A stretch of DNA of 64,000 nt, taken from the NCBI GenBank assembly GCA_046595655.1, contig JBKJOF010000181.1:39374-103373 (forward strand). Direction: 5' to 3'. The notes beneath the pieces were generated by a model. That model saw only the letters and a list, made by a program, of their open reading frames with translations. It had not been told where the DNA came from and searched no databases. Within the stretch, counting starts at the first letter, position 1; each line of letters starts with the position of its first letter. Source of the DNA: Chryseolinea sp. GTDB lineage: Bacteria > Bacteroidota > Bacteroidia > Cytophagales > Cyclobacteriaceae. Of the stretch, positions 10,605 through 19,536 are shown piece by piece. The position numbers were made by a program, and so were the translations under genes.

Positions 10605-10784
10605 CTGTAAAGATACTCTCAAGGTTTTGAAATTCTCAAATTTTTCGTTCGTTAGAAAAGCCAGCCCCTTCCAATTAGCTATCGGGACTACAGCGTGTAA
10701 GTAGTCACCATTGAAAAGCATCAGCGAGACTGATCAAGCTTGCTCTTCTTTGAAACATCGTTATCTTTAAAAAACTTCTTATGT

Positions 10785-12803
10785 ATGAATAAATGTATTT
10801 ACCTCTTCTTGCTGCTAGCCTTATGTGCAGCGTGCACTAAATCAGAATCTCCAAAAAAGATTTTGGTAGACGTAGCCGGGATTGACTCCTCCATAAAACC
10901 AGGAGACAACTTCTTTCGATATGTTAATGGCACATGGTATGATACTGCAAAAATTGATGCTGATCAGGTAGGGGTGGGTTCTTATATGTTCCTGAATATT
11001 CCGCAAAAGAAACTGTTGCAAAATATTTTGGATAGCGTTTCACAAAGTAAGAATTCGATGGGAAGTATGGAACAAAAAGTTGGCGACTTCTACGCTTCCG
11101 GAATGGACACAGCAACCATCAACAAACGAGGATATGAACCCATCAAGCCTATGCTTGAACGTATCGATGCCATCAACGATGTGCCTTCGCTCATGAAGTT
11201 TGTGGCTGCAGAAATGAAAACAGGTAATCGCTCGATAATCGATTTGGGCATCTGGCCTGATAATAAAAACAGTAGTATTAATATTGGTCATGCTTCGCAA
11301 ACAGGAATCGGTTTGCCGGATAGAGATTATTATTTCAAAACCGATTCATCAACGCTTCACATTCAACAAGCTTATAAAAAATACATCGCTACGTTGTTTC
11401 AATTAACGGGCAGCGACTTGTCCATCGCCACGAAGAATGTGAATATAGTTTACACCATCGAAAAACAACTTGCCGCTTCTCATAAAACTAATGTTGAACT
11501 AAGAGATGTAAATGGCAACTACAATAAAATGGGCACAGCATCGCTCGACAAAAAACAATCCAATATAGGTTGGATAAACCTGCTCAATAATATGAATGCA
11601 AAGACCGATTCGATTGACGTGCCTCAACCGGAGTATTACAACAAGGTAAACACGCTATTGAAATCCATTCCGTTAAACGATTGGAAAATTTACCTGAAGG
11701 CAAATAGTATGAACAACTATGCCGATGCATTGAGCAAACCTTTCGTTGATGCATCCTTTGAATTTTCCAAAGCATTATCTGGACAGGATACGCAAAAATC
11801 CCGCGAGCAAATTATGACCGAAAACGTAGACGGGTTACTGGGGGAGGCGTTGGGACAACTCTATGTTAAAAAATATTTTAATGAAGATGCAAAAAAACGG
11901 GTGCTTGATTTGGTGAACAACCTGCAAAAGTCTTTTGAAAACAGAATCAATCACCTCGATTGGATGAGCGATAGCACCAAGCAAAAGGCAAAAGAAAAAT
12001 TATACACGATTACCAAAAAAATTGGGTATCCGGATAAATGGAGGAATTATGATAAGGTAGCAATTGATAGAATGCAATATTTCGAGAATCTAATTTCGCT
12101 CAATCAGAATGATTATCAATTTCAATTAGCAAAATTGAATAAGCCTGTAGATAAAACAGAGTGGGGACCAACACCCTCTACGGTTACCGCGTATTATAAT
12201 CCATCGTATAATGAAATCGTTTTCCCAGCGGGCATTTTGCAGTTTCCTTATTTTGATTTTTCTGCCGATGATGCGCTCAACTATGGAGGAATCGGAATGG
12301 TTATTGGCCATGAGTTGACACACGCTTTTGACGATCAGGGTGCGCAGTTCGATAAAGAAGGTAATGTGAAAAACTGGTGGACGAAAGAGGATTTGGAAAA
12401 GTTCACTGCAAAAACAAAAGAGGTTGTAGACTTGTATAGCACGTTTGCTGTTTTAGACAGCGTGCATATCAAGGGTGCCTTAACCGTTGGCGAAAACACA
12501 GCAGACAACGGGGGCGTAGCCATTGCCTACGATGCATTTAAAATGACGCAACAGGGACAAGACTCTGTTAAGATTGATGGCTTTACTCCTGATCAACGCT
12601 TCTTTTTATCCATTGCCAGAATCTGGAGAGTAAAAACTCGGGATGAGTTTCTTCGCATGTATGTAAACACCAATCCGCATTCCCCTGCCATGTGGCGTGT
12701 CAATGGTCCATTAATGAACTTCGCTCCGTTTTATAAAGCATTCAACGTGCAACCCAGCGATAAGAATTACAAACCCGAAAACAAAAGAATAAAGATTTGG
12801 TAG
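10785..12803 (+). CDS. M13 (neprilysin/PepO) zinc metalloendopeptidase, lipoprotein
   Basis: HELTH zinc motif, AYYNPSYNEIVFPAGILQ, GENTAD and lipobox LCAAC. ATG 10785 preferred over TTG 10740. Confidence 0.95.
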   Translation: MNKCIYLFLLLALCAACTKSESPKKILVDVAGIDSSIKPGDNFFRYVNGTWYDTAKIDADQVGVGSYMFLNIPQKKLLQNILDSVSQSKNSMGSMEQKVGDFYASGMDTATINKRGYEPIKPMLERIDAINDVPSLMKFVAAEMKTGNRSIIDLGIWPDNKNSSINIGHASQTGIGLPDRDYYFKTDSSTLHIQQAYKKYIATLFQLTGSDLSIATKNVNIVYTIEKQLAASHKTNVELRDVNGNYNKMGTASLDKKQSNIGWINLLNNMNAKTDSIDVPQPEYYNKVNTLLKSIPLNDWKIYLKANSMNNYADALSKPFVDASFEFSKALSGQDTQKSREQIMTENVDGLLGEALGQLYVKKYFNEDAKKRVLDLVNNLQKSFENRINHLDWMSDSTKQKAKEKLYTITKKIGYPDKWRNYDKVAIDRMQYFENLISLNQNDYQFQLAKLNKPVDKTEWGPTPSTVTAYYNPSYNEIVFPAGILQFPYFDFSADDALNYGGIGMVIGHELTHAFDDQGAQFDKEGNVKNWWTKEDLEKFTAKTKEVVDLYSTFAVLDSVHIKGALTVGENTADNGGVAIAYDAFKMTQQGQDSVKIDGFTPDQRFFLSIARIWRVKTRDEFLRMYVNTNPHSPAMWRVNGPLMNFAPFYKAFNVQPSDKNYKPENKRIKIW

Positions 12804-12813
12804 AAACGTTTCA

Positions 12814-12870
12814 AGATTACTTCACGCAATGACGAACCAGAACTTCGTCATTGCGAGGAACGAAGCAATT
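12814..12870. repeat. REP-like palindromic element (CGTCATTGCGAG...GAAGCAAT type)
   Basis: agattacttcacgcaatgacg pairs with cgtcattgcgaggaacgaagcaatt across an 11-nt loop. Confidence 0.7.
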
Positions 12871-13042
12871 CCGATATTAGACACGGTGTACCTATTGAAC
12901 ATGTGGATACAAATAGATTCTGAAAAATCTAACTCGCGTGAACAACAACAATCGTTTACGATGCATAACTTAAATATTATCCTTCGGATTTATTTTGATA
13001 CGGGGTGCTAGTCCATATATTCGCATCAAACCATTAACCTGA

Positions 13043-13876
13043 ATGAAGAATATATTATTTTTTGCCGGTGTGTTGTTTGCCACGGCATGCCTCGGTCAAA
13101 AGTACACTGGCGACTCTTGGGCGAAAGTAAAAGCAAATGGAGGTAAGCTCACTGTTATCTATTATGAGCAGCCCGGATTAATTTTCAAGGATGCAGCCAC
13201 TGGTAAAATGAAAGGCGTTTGCGTTGATATCTTAGATGACTTTGCCCAATACATACTAGCGAAGTATGATAAAAAAGTAGAAATTAAGTATGCAGGACAA
13301 GAGCAAGTATTTTCGACCTTCTTATCAATTACCCAAAGCACACCTAATATTTTAGGAGTAACAAACGTAACGATAACCGAGCAGCGCAAAAAGATTTTAA
13401 AATTTACGCCATCCTTTATGAATAGTCCTTTAGTAATGCTCACTTCCAATGATGCACCGAATATTACCAGTGTCGATGAGATAGGCACCACGATGAAGGA
13501 TTACAGTGCAAAAGTAATTACAGGCAGCACTCATGTAAAAATCGTGGAGACAATTAAGAAAGAAAATGCACCTGGATTAAAAATAACGTTTGCCAATTCT
13601 GGAACAGAAGTGTTAAAGGAACTTTCTAGTGGTTCGAAATATTTTAGCATTTTGGAACTTCCGGAATACATTGATGCAACCCGCAGACAGCTTCCGGTAA
13701 AAAGGCAAAATGTTACTTTCGGAAATACGGAAGAGCTTGCGTTTATTATGGCAAAACAAAGTGATTGGGATCTGGTATGGAAAGAGTTTTTGACTTCAGA
13801 ATATCGCAAAAGTGTTCGCTACCGTAAAATTATTGTAGACAACCTGGGCTCTAACTTTTTAGCATTGCTGAAATAG
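13043..13876 (+). CDS. Solute-binding protein, family-3-like (orphan, no permease nearby)
   Basis: Signal peptide; G..VDIL..FA, NVTITEQRKKILKFTPSF pattern typical of amino-acid-binding SBPs. Confidence 0.7.
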   Translation: MKNILFFAGVLFATACLGQKYTGDSWAKVKANGGKLTVIYYEQPGLIFKDAATGKMKGVCVDILDDFAQYILAKYDKKVEIKYAGQEQVFSTFLSITQSTPNILGVTNVTITEQRKKILKFTPSFMNSPLVMLTSNDAPNITSVDEIGTTMKDYSAKVITGSTHVKIVETIKKENAPGLKITFANSGTEVLKELSSGSKYFSILELPEYIDATRRQLPVKRQNVTFGNTEELAFIMAKQSDWDLVWKEFLTSEYRKSVRYRKIIVDNLGSNFLALLK

Positions 13877-14136
13877 TAATCAGCTTCTGCAATTACACTT
13901 GAGTCTGATAAGAACCTCCCATAATAGAAACGTGTTTCTGAGTAAACTGATTTTTCTACAAGAACAAAACCTATGCGTGTTGTAATTGCAATAGAGTTTT
14001 ACTGACTAATCAGGAATGAAAGCAATCTGCTATGAGCATTATGGTTCCAATAACGCACTTCAATTGCGTGAAGTAAACAAACCCCAACCGAAGCAAGGTG
14101 AAGTATTATTGAAAGTGATAACGTCAGTACTGCACT

Positions 14137-14805
14137 TCAGATCGCCTTCATCACAAAATGTACGATAGCATCACATCGGCTATTTCCAAATTCAAATACG
14201 GTTGTTGAAGAAGATAATGTGTAGAGATTATCTTTTAACAAAGATTTGGCGCGGTGAAGTCTCACTTTAATGTTGGAGTCTGTTAGGTTTAGACTTTCTG
14301 ATACCTCATTGTTGGATAATCCTTCTATTTCTTTCAGCACATAGATAACACGGTATTTTTCAGGTAAACTGTCAATAGCTTTTTCGAGAATACGTTTTGC
14401 TTCCTCACGAAGAATTATTTTTTCTGGATTCATTTGGTTGTCGGGTATTTGATGAATGGCTTCAGAAGTAAACTCGGTTGAATTCAAATAGATATTTTTT
14501 TCATTCTTCATTATTTTTAACCGAAGCAAGGCTTCGTTTATTCCGATCCGAATTAACCATGTAGAGAAAGTAGAATGACCCTGGAATTGAAAAAGCTTGT
14601 CGAATGCTTTTAGATACGTATTCTGCATGGCGTCCTGAATTTCGTCCTCATCTTTTACATAACTTCTGATTACCCGGTATAAGGTTTGGTTATAGCGTCT
14701 TAATAAAATTTCAAAAAGTTCTTTTTCTCCGGCCAAAATGCGCCTCACCACCTCGATGTCATCAAGCTTACTTGATGTATAGTTATTTATTCGTAAAGCT
14801 TCCAT
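14137..14805 (-). CDS. ECF sigma-70 factor with C-terminal FEFGNSRCD extension
   Basis: Region 2 (AMQNTYLKAF, FSTWLIRIGINEA) and region 4 (LPEKYRVIYVLKEIEGLS..EVS..L.....NIKVRLHRAK). Confidence 0.9.
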   Translation of the reverse strand: MEALRINNYTSSKLDDIEVVRRILAGEKELFEILLRRYNQTLYRVIRSYVKDEDEIQDAMQNTYLKAFDKLFQFQGHSTFSTWLIRIGINEALLRLKIMKNEKNIYLNSTEFTSEAIHQIPDNQMNPEKIILREEAKRILEKAIDSLPEKYRVIYVLKEIEGLSNNEVSESLNLTDSNIKVRLHRAKSLLKDNLYTLSSSTTVFEFGNSRCDAIVHFVMKAI

Positions 14806-14821
14806 CCTGTTATATTTCTTA

Positions 14822-14850
14822 TTGGATCAAGGTGCTATCAAAAAGTTACA
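14822..14850 (-). promoter_or_regulatory. Putative ECF promoter of the sigma gene: TGTAAC-N17-ATCCAA
   Basis: Read directly on the reverse strand; same spacing as the motif upstream of the DoxX gene. Confidence 0.6.
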
Positions 14851-14890
14851 AAATTTAATTAGAAAAATCAGATTAATACTGAGTCTTGTG

Positions 14891-15175
14891 ATGAGGCCCC
14901 ATCTCAGCAAATAGCATTTCTGGTTTTAACGCAGATGCACAACTTAATCTTGCGGTGGTATGAACCTAAAAAACTTTGCGCTTGGTGTTCGTTCGGAAAT
15001 GTGAATGATCACAAAAAGGTTGATTCTTCGATAAACCACATTGACCTACCCATAAGTCTTGCCTGCTTCCGACTGTGTTTGCACGAATTTTATTTTCAAT
15101 TGATCCATGCGGATTGGATAACCAGATCTGCAAAAAGTTGTAAGAATTTAAATATCTAAATCTTTTTGTAACCAC
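14891..15175 (-). pseudogene. Decayed double-CDGSH iron-sulfur protein remnant
   Basis: CGLSKNQPFCDHSH at 15040-14999 and, in another frame, KLCICVKTRNAIC*DGA at 14945-14895. Confidence 0.55.
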
Positions 15176-15195
15176 CTGGCACTTTTTTAATCAAA
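15167..15195 (+). promoter_or_regulatory. Putative ECF promoter of the DoxX gene: TGTAAC-N17-ATCAAA
   Basis: Read directly; matches the sigma-gene motif in sequence and spacing. Confidence 0.6.
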
Positions 15196-15219
15196 CGCCT
15201 AAACTAAACATATACCATT

Positions 15220-15630
15220 ATGACAACATCAACCAGTAAAGCTCTAACAAAAGACAGTGAAGTAGACGCGATTCATAATTCCTGGCTACTTCTTAAGTAT
15301 ACTTTTGGACTCGTACCCATCGTGGCCGGGCTTGATAAGTTCACCAATATTCTGACAGATTGGAGCCAGTATCTCAATCCCAGTCTTGCTCAGTTGCTTC
15401 CAGTAAGTGCGCATACTTTTATGATGGTTGTGGGCGTGATCGAGATTATTGCCGGCATCTTGGTCTTGTTCAAAACGGAAATTGGAGCATACATTGTTTC
15501 TGCCTGGTTGGTAAGTATTGCATTAACATTAATAGCTTCATGGAATTACGTTGATGTTGCTGTTCGAGATATTGTTATGGCCATTGGAGCATTTACACTT
15601 GCTAAACTTACCAGAACAAAGCAGGAGTGA
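15220..15630 (+). CDS. DoxX-like membrane protein
   Basis: GLVPIVAGLDKFTN.L.DW..YL, VGVIEIIAG, DVAVRDIVMAIGA; four hydrophobic helices. Confidence 0.8.
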   Translation: MTTSTSKALTKDSEVDAIHNSWLLLKYTFGLVPIVAGLDKFTNILTDWSQYLNPSLAQLLPVSAHTFMMVVGVIEIIAGILVLFKTEIGAYIVSAWLVSIALTLIASWNYVDVAVRDIVMAIGAFTLAKLTRTKQE

Positions 15631-15660
15631 GAACATTGAAAAAACTGAATTTGGATAAAT

Positions 15661-15695
15661 AAAAAAGGCCTTCATCAATTGAAGGCTTTTTTTAT
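15661..15695. terminator. Bidirectional intrinsic terminator
   Basis: aaaaaaggccttca-tcaat-tgaaggctttttt with A and T tracts on the two sides. Confidence 0.75.
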
Positions 15696-15737
15696 TTGTT
15701 GAATTAACTTCTTAATGAATTGAGTAGGAATGCACAG

Positions 15738-15848
15738 CTAAAATAACTGCATCAAATAAACAATGCCGGCAAGGCCGAACAGAAAGATCCACATCATAAG
15801 CTCAACTTTGAGGAGCACCAACATACCGTGAAACAATCTTTTTATCAT
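15738..15848 (-). CDS. Small 36-aa single-pass membrane protein (below ORF-track cutoff)
   Basis: MIKRLFHGMLVLLKVELMMWIFLFGLAGIVYLMQLF*; AT-rich leader and points into the 15661 terminator. Confidence 0.45.
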   Translation of the reverse strand: MIKRLFHGMLVLLKVELMMWIFLFGLAGIVYLMQLF

Positions 15849-15888
15849 AAACTAAAATAGGGATTTATATTGATTTGAGTTTCATCGG

Positions 15889-16028
15889 GGGCATTTCAAA
15901 TTGCCGCGATGAACTGTGCTGTTGGTTAAAGTCTACATTATTTTCGCTTTTAACCACGCACTTACGTGCTTATTATTCAAACCTCGCCCGATGAACTTTA
16001 GTCTGAGACCATAATTTGAAATGCAACC
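15889..16028 (+). repeat. ~140-bp REPIN/MITE-like element, copy A
   Basis: Outer inverted arms gcatttcaaatt / aatttgaaatgc; colinear with the reverse complement of 25862-26007. Confidence 0.75.
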
Positions 16029-16149
16029 GTTTCATTAGGTATTACAATTCCACTATTTTATTATATTCAGGTTTATAATACAGCTATAAGTAGCTATTCA
16101 GTAGATACTAACTTTTATTTTTTTGTCACTACTTTAAATTTAGATAAAT

Positions 16150-16779
16150 ATGGCTACCATTAATTGGTCGAAAGAAATACAACCGCTGCTTAAAAAATAC
16201 AAAGGCAAAAAGCATCCGCTGGAATATGGCTCTATCTATGAGCTTGTAGTAATGGTGGTACTCTCAGCGCAGGACTCCGATCGGAACATCAATAAACTTG
16301 CCCCAGCTTTATTTGAAGCCATCCCAAATATGAAGGCGTTATCGAAAGCAACACCAGAAATATTATTTCCCTTCATCAGCAAGGTTCGAAATTTCGGAAA
16401 CAAAACGAAGTGGTTGTTGGCGTTAGCGTCACAAGTAAAGGACGATAAAAATATTCCTACCACAATGGAAGAGTTGACAGCGTTACCAGGCATTGGAAGA
16501 AAGTCGGCCAACGTGATCATGCGCGAATCCGGTGTAAAGGCTGAAGGAATTGTTGTTGATCTTCACGTGGTACGTGTTGCACCGCGTCTTGGAATTGCAT
16601 CGGGCACCGATCCGAAGAAAATAGAAAAACAATTGATGGATGTTATTGATCCCAAAGATTGGGGAGAGGCAGGTATGGCCATTTCATTTCTCGGTCGCGA
16701 AATATGTAGGCCAACAGATCCGAAACATTCGGAGTGCGTGATGAATAAGGTGTGTGAATATTGTAAGAGTTCTAAATAA
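16150..16779 (+). CDS. nth: Endonuclease III (HhH-GPD DNA glycosylase)
   Basis: VVLSAQ, HhH motif LPGIGRKSANV, VDLHV and C-terminal Fe-S loop (C-X6-H-X2-C-X5-C). Confidence 0.92.
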   Translation: MATINWSKEIQPLLKKYKGKKHPLEYGSIYELVVMVVLSAQDSDRNINKLAPALFEAIPNMKALSKATPEILFPFISKVRNFGNKTKWLLALASQVKDDKNIPTTMEELTALPGIGRKSANVIMRESGVKAEGIVVDLHVVRVAPRLGIASGTDPKKIEKQLMDVIDPKDWGEAGMAISFLGREICRPTDPKHSECVMNKVCEYCKSSK

Positions 16780-16796
16780 TAGATTTGGATTTCTAT

Positions 16797-16914
16797 TGTA
16801 GAACGAATGTCGTTTAGTAAAATCTTCCTCGTTAAAAAGGTAAAACAAGCTACTTCATTTCTCTCCAGAAGACCTGATAAACACAGAGCGTAACTAAACG
16901 ACATTGGTTGTAGA
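16797..16914. repeat. 22-bp imperfect inverted repeat enclosing 74 bp
   Basis: tgtagaacgaatgtcgtttagt (16797-16818) versus reverse complement of 16893-16914; 19/22 identical by hand count. Confidence 0.6.
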
Positions 16915-17148
16915 GTATTTATAAATGCCGTAACGCACTACTACCAGAACTTCATTTTCTTTTGTTTCTTTCTTGCCGAGGCATGTGAATATTTGTATTT
17001 CGGGCCATATTGTTTCAATGGTGCACTTCAAAGTTTTCAGTGCACTGAACTTGAAACATGGAATCTTGAATGTTAATAAGAATTGTTAACCCATGGAGTT
17101 TTAGTAAACCACTTTTATCCACTACTATTGTGACCTTTTATAAAATTC

Positions 17149-18399
17149 ATGATCTCCTGCGGAGTTGATTTCGGTACATCCAATTCAAGTGTAGCTATTT
17201 CAAAAGAAGGTGCAGTTTCGCTGGTACCCGTGGAGCAACACCATCATACCATTCCGAGCGCACTTTTTTTTCAGCGAAAGGTAATTGAGCCTTTTTATGG
17301 AAGAGAAGCCATTCAATGTTTCTTCGAACGCAAGGAAGGCAGATTCATGCGAAGTCTAAAGCGTGTCCTCGGTACATCATTAATGACTCATGGAACATCC
17401 ATTAATGGAAAGCCCATGAAGTTTGATGTCATCATTGCCTCCTTTCTACATAACCTGAAAGCAAAAGCAGATGCAATGGCCGATGATGAATTGCAGCATG
17501 TGGTGATGGGAAGACCTGTGCATTTTATTGATAACGATGCTGAAGGCGATCTGCGTGCCCAGCATGAGTTGAAGAGCATTGCTGAACGTGTTGGTTTTAA
17601 ATATGTTGAATTTCAGTTTGAACCCATCGCTGCCGCCTTCGCCCACGAAATAAATGTGAAAGAAGAAAGACTTGCTATCGTTGCCGATCTGGGCGGTGGT
17701 ACTTCCGATTTCACCGTTATTCGTTTATCGAATCGATACATTAATAAAACTGATCGTTCGTCTGATATATTGGCCAACACCGGAGTTCGCATTGGCGGAA
17801 ATGATTTCGATAAAGATTTAAGTTTATCAGCCGTTATGCCGGAGATCGGTTACAAAACTACATACGGACAAAAGAACCTTGAAGTACCTCTAAAGCCGTA
17901 TCACGATTTGGCCGAGTGGAGTAAAGTGAACTCACTCTATAATGTAAAGTTGAAATCGCAAATGCGACAAATGTTGCATGAGTCGCACGACAGAATTCGA
18001 TTCAAGAGATTGCTGACAGTCTTGGAGCAAGAGACGGGTCATGCATTGTTAGCGGCTACTGAGGATGCTAAGATTGCACTTACCGGTGCAAGTCAATATC
18101 AGGTGCCATTTAATTTTATTGAAGACGGGTTGTCAATCGCTATTCAGCGCGTGGTGTTTGAAGAAGCCATTCAGCAACACGTACAAAAAATAACAACGTG
18201 TGCATCAGATTGCCTGCGACAAGCAAACGTAAAGGCAACTGAAATTGACCTTGTGATTCTTACGGGTGGATCTACGGAAGTACCTGTTGTTCAAACTGAG
18301 TTCAGAAAACTTTTTCCTTCTGCAGCAATTGCTGACGAAAACAAACTCTCCAGCGTAGGCTTAGGGCTTGCATACGATAGTCATTATAAATTCGTATGA
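17149..18399 (+). CDS. Hsp70-family ATPase, YegD-like (no substrate-binding domain)
   Basis: GVDFGTSNS, VMGRPVHF, FEPIAAA, DLGGGTSDF, GGNDFD, LTGGST. Confidence 0.9.
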   Translation: MISCGVDFGTSNSSVAISKEGAVSLVPVEQHHHTIPSALFFQRKVIEPFYGREAIQCFFERKEGRFMRSLKRVLGTSLMTHGTSINGKPMKFDVIIASFLHNLKAKADAMADDELQHVVMGRPVHFIDNDAEGDLRAQHELKSIAERVGFKYVEFQFEPIAAAFAHEINVKEERLAIVADLGGGTSDFTVIRLSNRYINKTDRSSDILANTGVRIGGNDFDKDLSLSAVMPEIGYKTTYGQKNLEVPLKPYHDLAEWSKVNSLYNVKLKSQMRQMLHESHDRIRFKRLLTVLEQETGHALLAATEDAKIALTGASQYQVPFNFIEDGLSIAIQRVVFEEAIQQHVQKITTCASDCLRQANVKATEIDLVILTGGSTEVPVVQTEFRKLFPSAAIADENKLSSVGLGLAYDSHYKFV

Positions 18400-18591
18400 A
18401 GATAATTGCCTTGCGTTATGCGTTATATTTCAACATGTAATTTCTCTTTAGGAAAAAGAGTGGTGTGAATATTTTTTTTCTGCTTTGTGTTGTACCTACT
18501 CCAACAAAACAATTTATATAACGTCAACGACTACCACACGTGCAACCTGGTAAAAGAATGTGAAAGCAGTATATTGCTAACCAATACTAAA

Positions 18592-19473
18592 ATGAAAAGA
18601 ACGATCGTTTACTTTATGTTATTTGTGTCCGCAATGGCGAATGGTCAGCAAAAGGAAATTCAGTTGTATAAAGGTGCAGCACCTGGTTCTGAACACTGGA
18701 CTTGGAAAGAGGGAATAAACAATTCGAATACTTTAAAAGTATTGACGGTATACAATGTTGTGCATCCAACACTAACTGTTTTCCAACCAGATGCTTCTAC
18801 TGCAAATGGCACTGCCATTATCATTGCTCCCGGTGGTGGATTTCATTTTTTAGCGATCGATCACGAAGGAACTAATGCAGCAAAATGGCTGGTTAAAAAA
18901 GGGATCACTGTATTTGTTTTAAAATACAGACTCGTTCATATCTTCAGTGATAATCCTTTTGACGATATGCTCAACACTAAAGATCATAAAGCTTGGGATG
19001 ATGAAAGTCTCCCCATAATTCCCTTAGCGGTTGCGGATGGAAGAGAAGCAATTACCTATGTAAGAAGCCATGCGGCTGAATATAAAATAGCGACTGACCG
19101 GATTGGCATCATGGGATTTTCTGCCGGAGGAATGGTCGCGGCATCAACAGCGTTTCAATACACAGCGGAAAATCGTCCTGACTTTGTTGCTGCGGTTTAT
19201 GCTGATATGCCAGAGTCAATTCAGAAAACTATTTTGCCAGATGCCCCACCTTTATTTCTCGCCTGTGCACAGGATGATGAGTTTGGATTTGCATCACATG
19301 CTATAAGCATGTACACAAAGTGGTATGCTGCGAAAAGGCCAGTTGAAATGCACCTCTTCACAACGGGTGGTCATGGATTTGGTATCGGTAATCCAGCAAA
19401 CACTACGCACCATTGGATGGATCACTTTGCGGAATGGTTGACGGTGCAAGGATTTGTAAAGCCGAAGCTATAG
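18592..19473 (+). CDS. Alpha/beta-hydrolase (BD-FAE/xylan-esterase-like), exported
   Basis: PGGGF, GIMGFSAGG nucleophile, DD acid and GGHGFG His. ATG 18592 begins a signal peptide. Confidence 0.85.
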   Translation: MKRTIVYFMLFVSAMANGQQKEIQLYKGAAPGSEHWTWKEGINNSNTLKVLTVYNVVHPTLTVFQPDASTANGTAIIIAPGGGFHFLAIDHEGTNAAKWLVKKGITVFVLKYRLVHIFSDNPFDDMLNTKDHKAWDDESLPIIPLAVADGREAITYVRSHAAEYKIATDRIGIMGFSAGGMVAASTAFQYTAENRPDFVAAVYADMPESIQKTILPDAPPLFLACAQDDEFGFASHAISMYTKWYAAKRPVEMHLFTTGGHGFGIGNPANTTHHWMDHFAEWLTVQGFVKPKL

Positions 19474-19536
19474 AATGCATCCATGCCGTATAAATAATTT
19501 TTATTTCTAGAGATAAAACAAAAAATAGATTCGAAC

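Noticed and set aside
12829-13011. 60-aa ORF MTNQNFVIARNEAI...
   Set aside because: It is a translation of the REP hairpin, with no protein-like features.
16563-17100. Reverse-strand ORFs downstream of nth
   Set aside because: They are antisense to nth or lack a start, and carry no recognisable motif.
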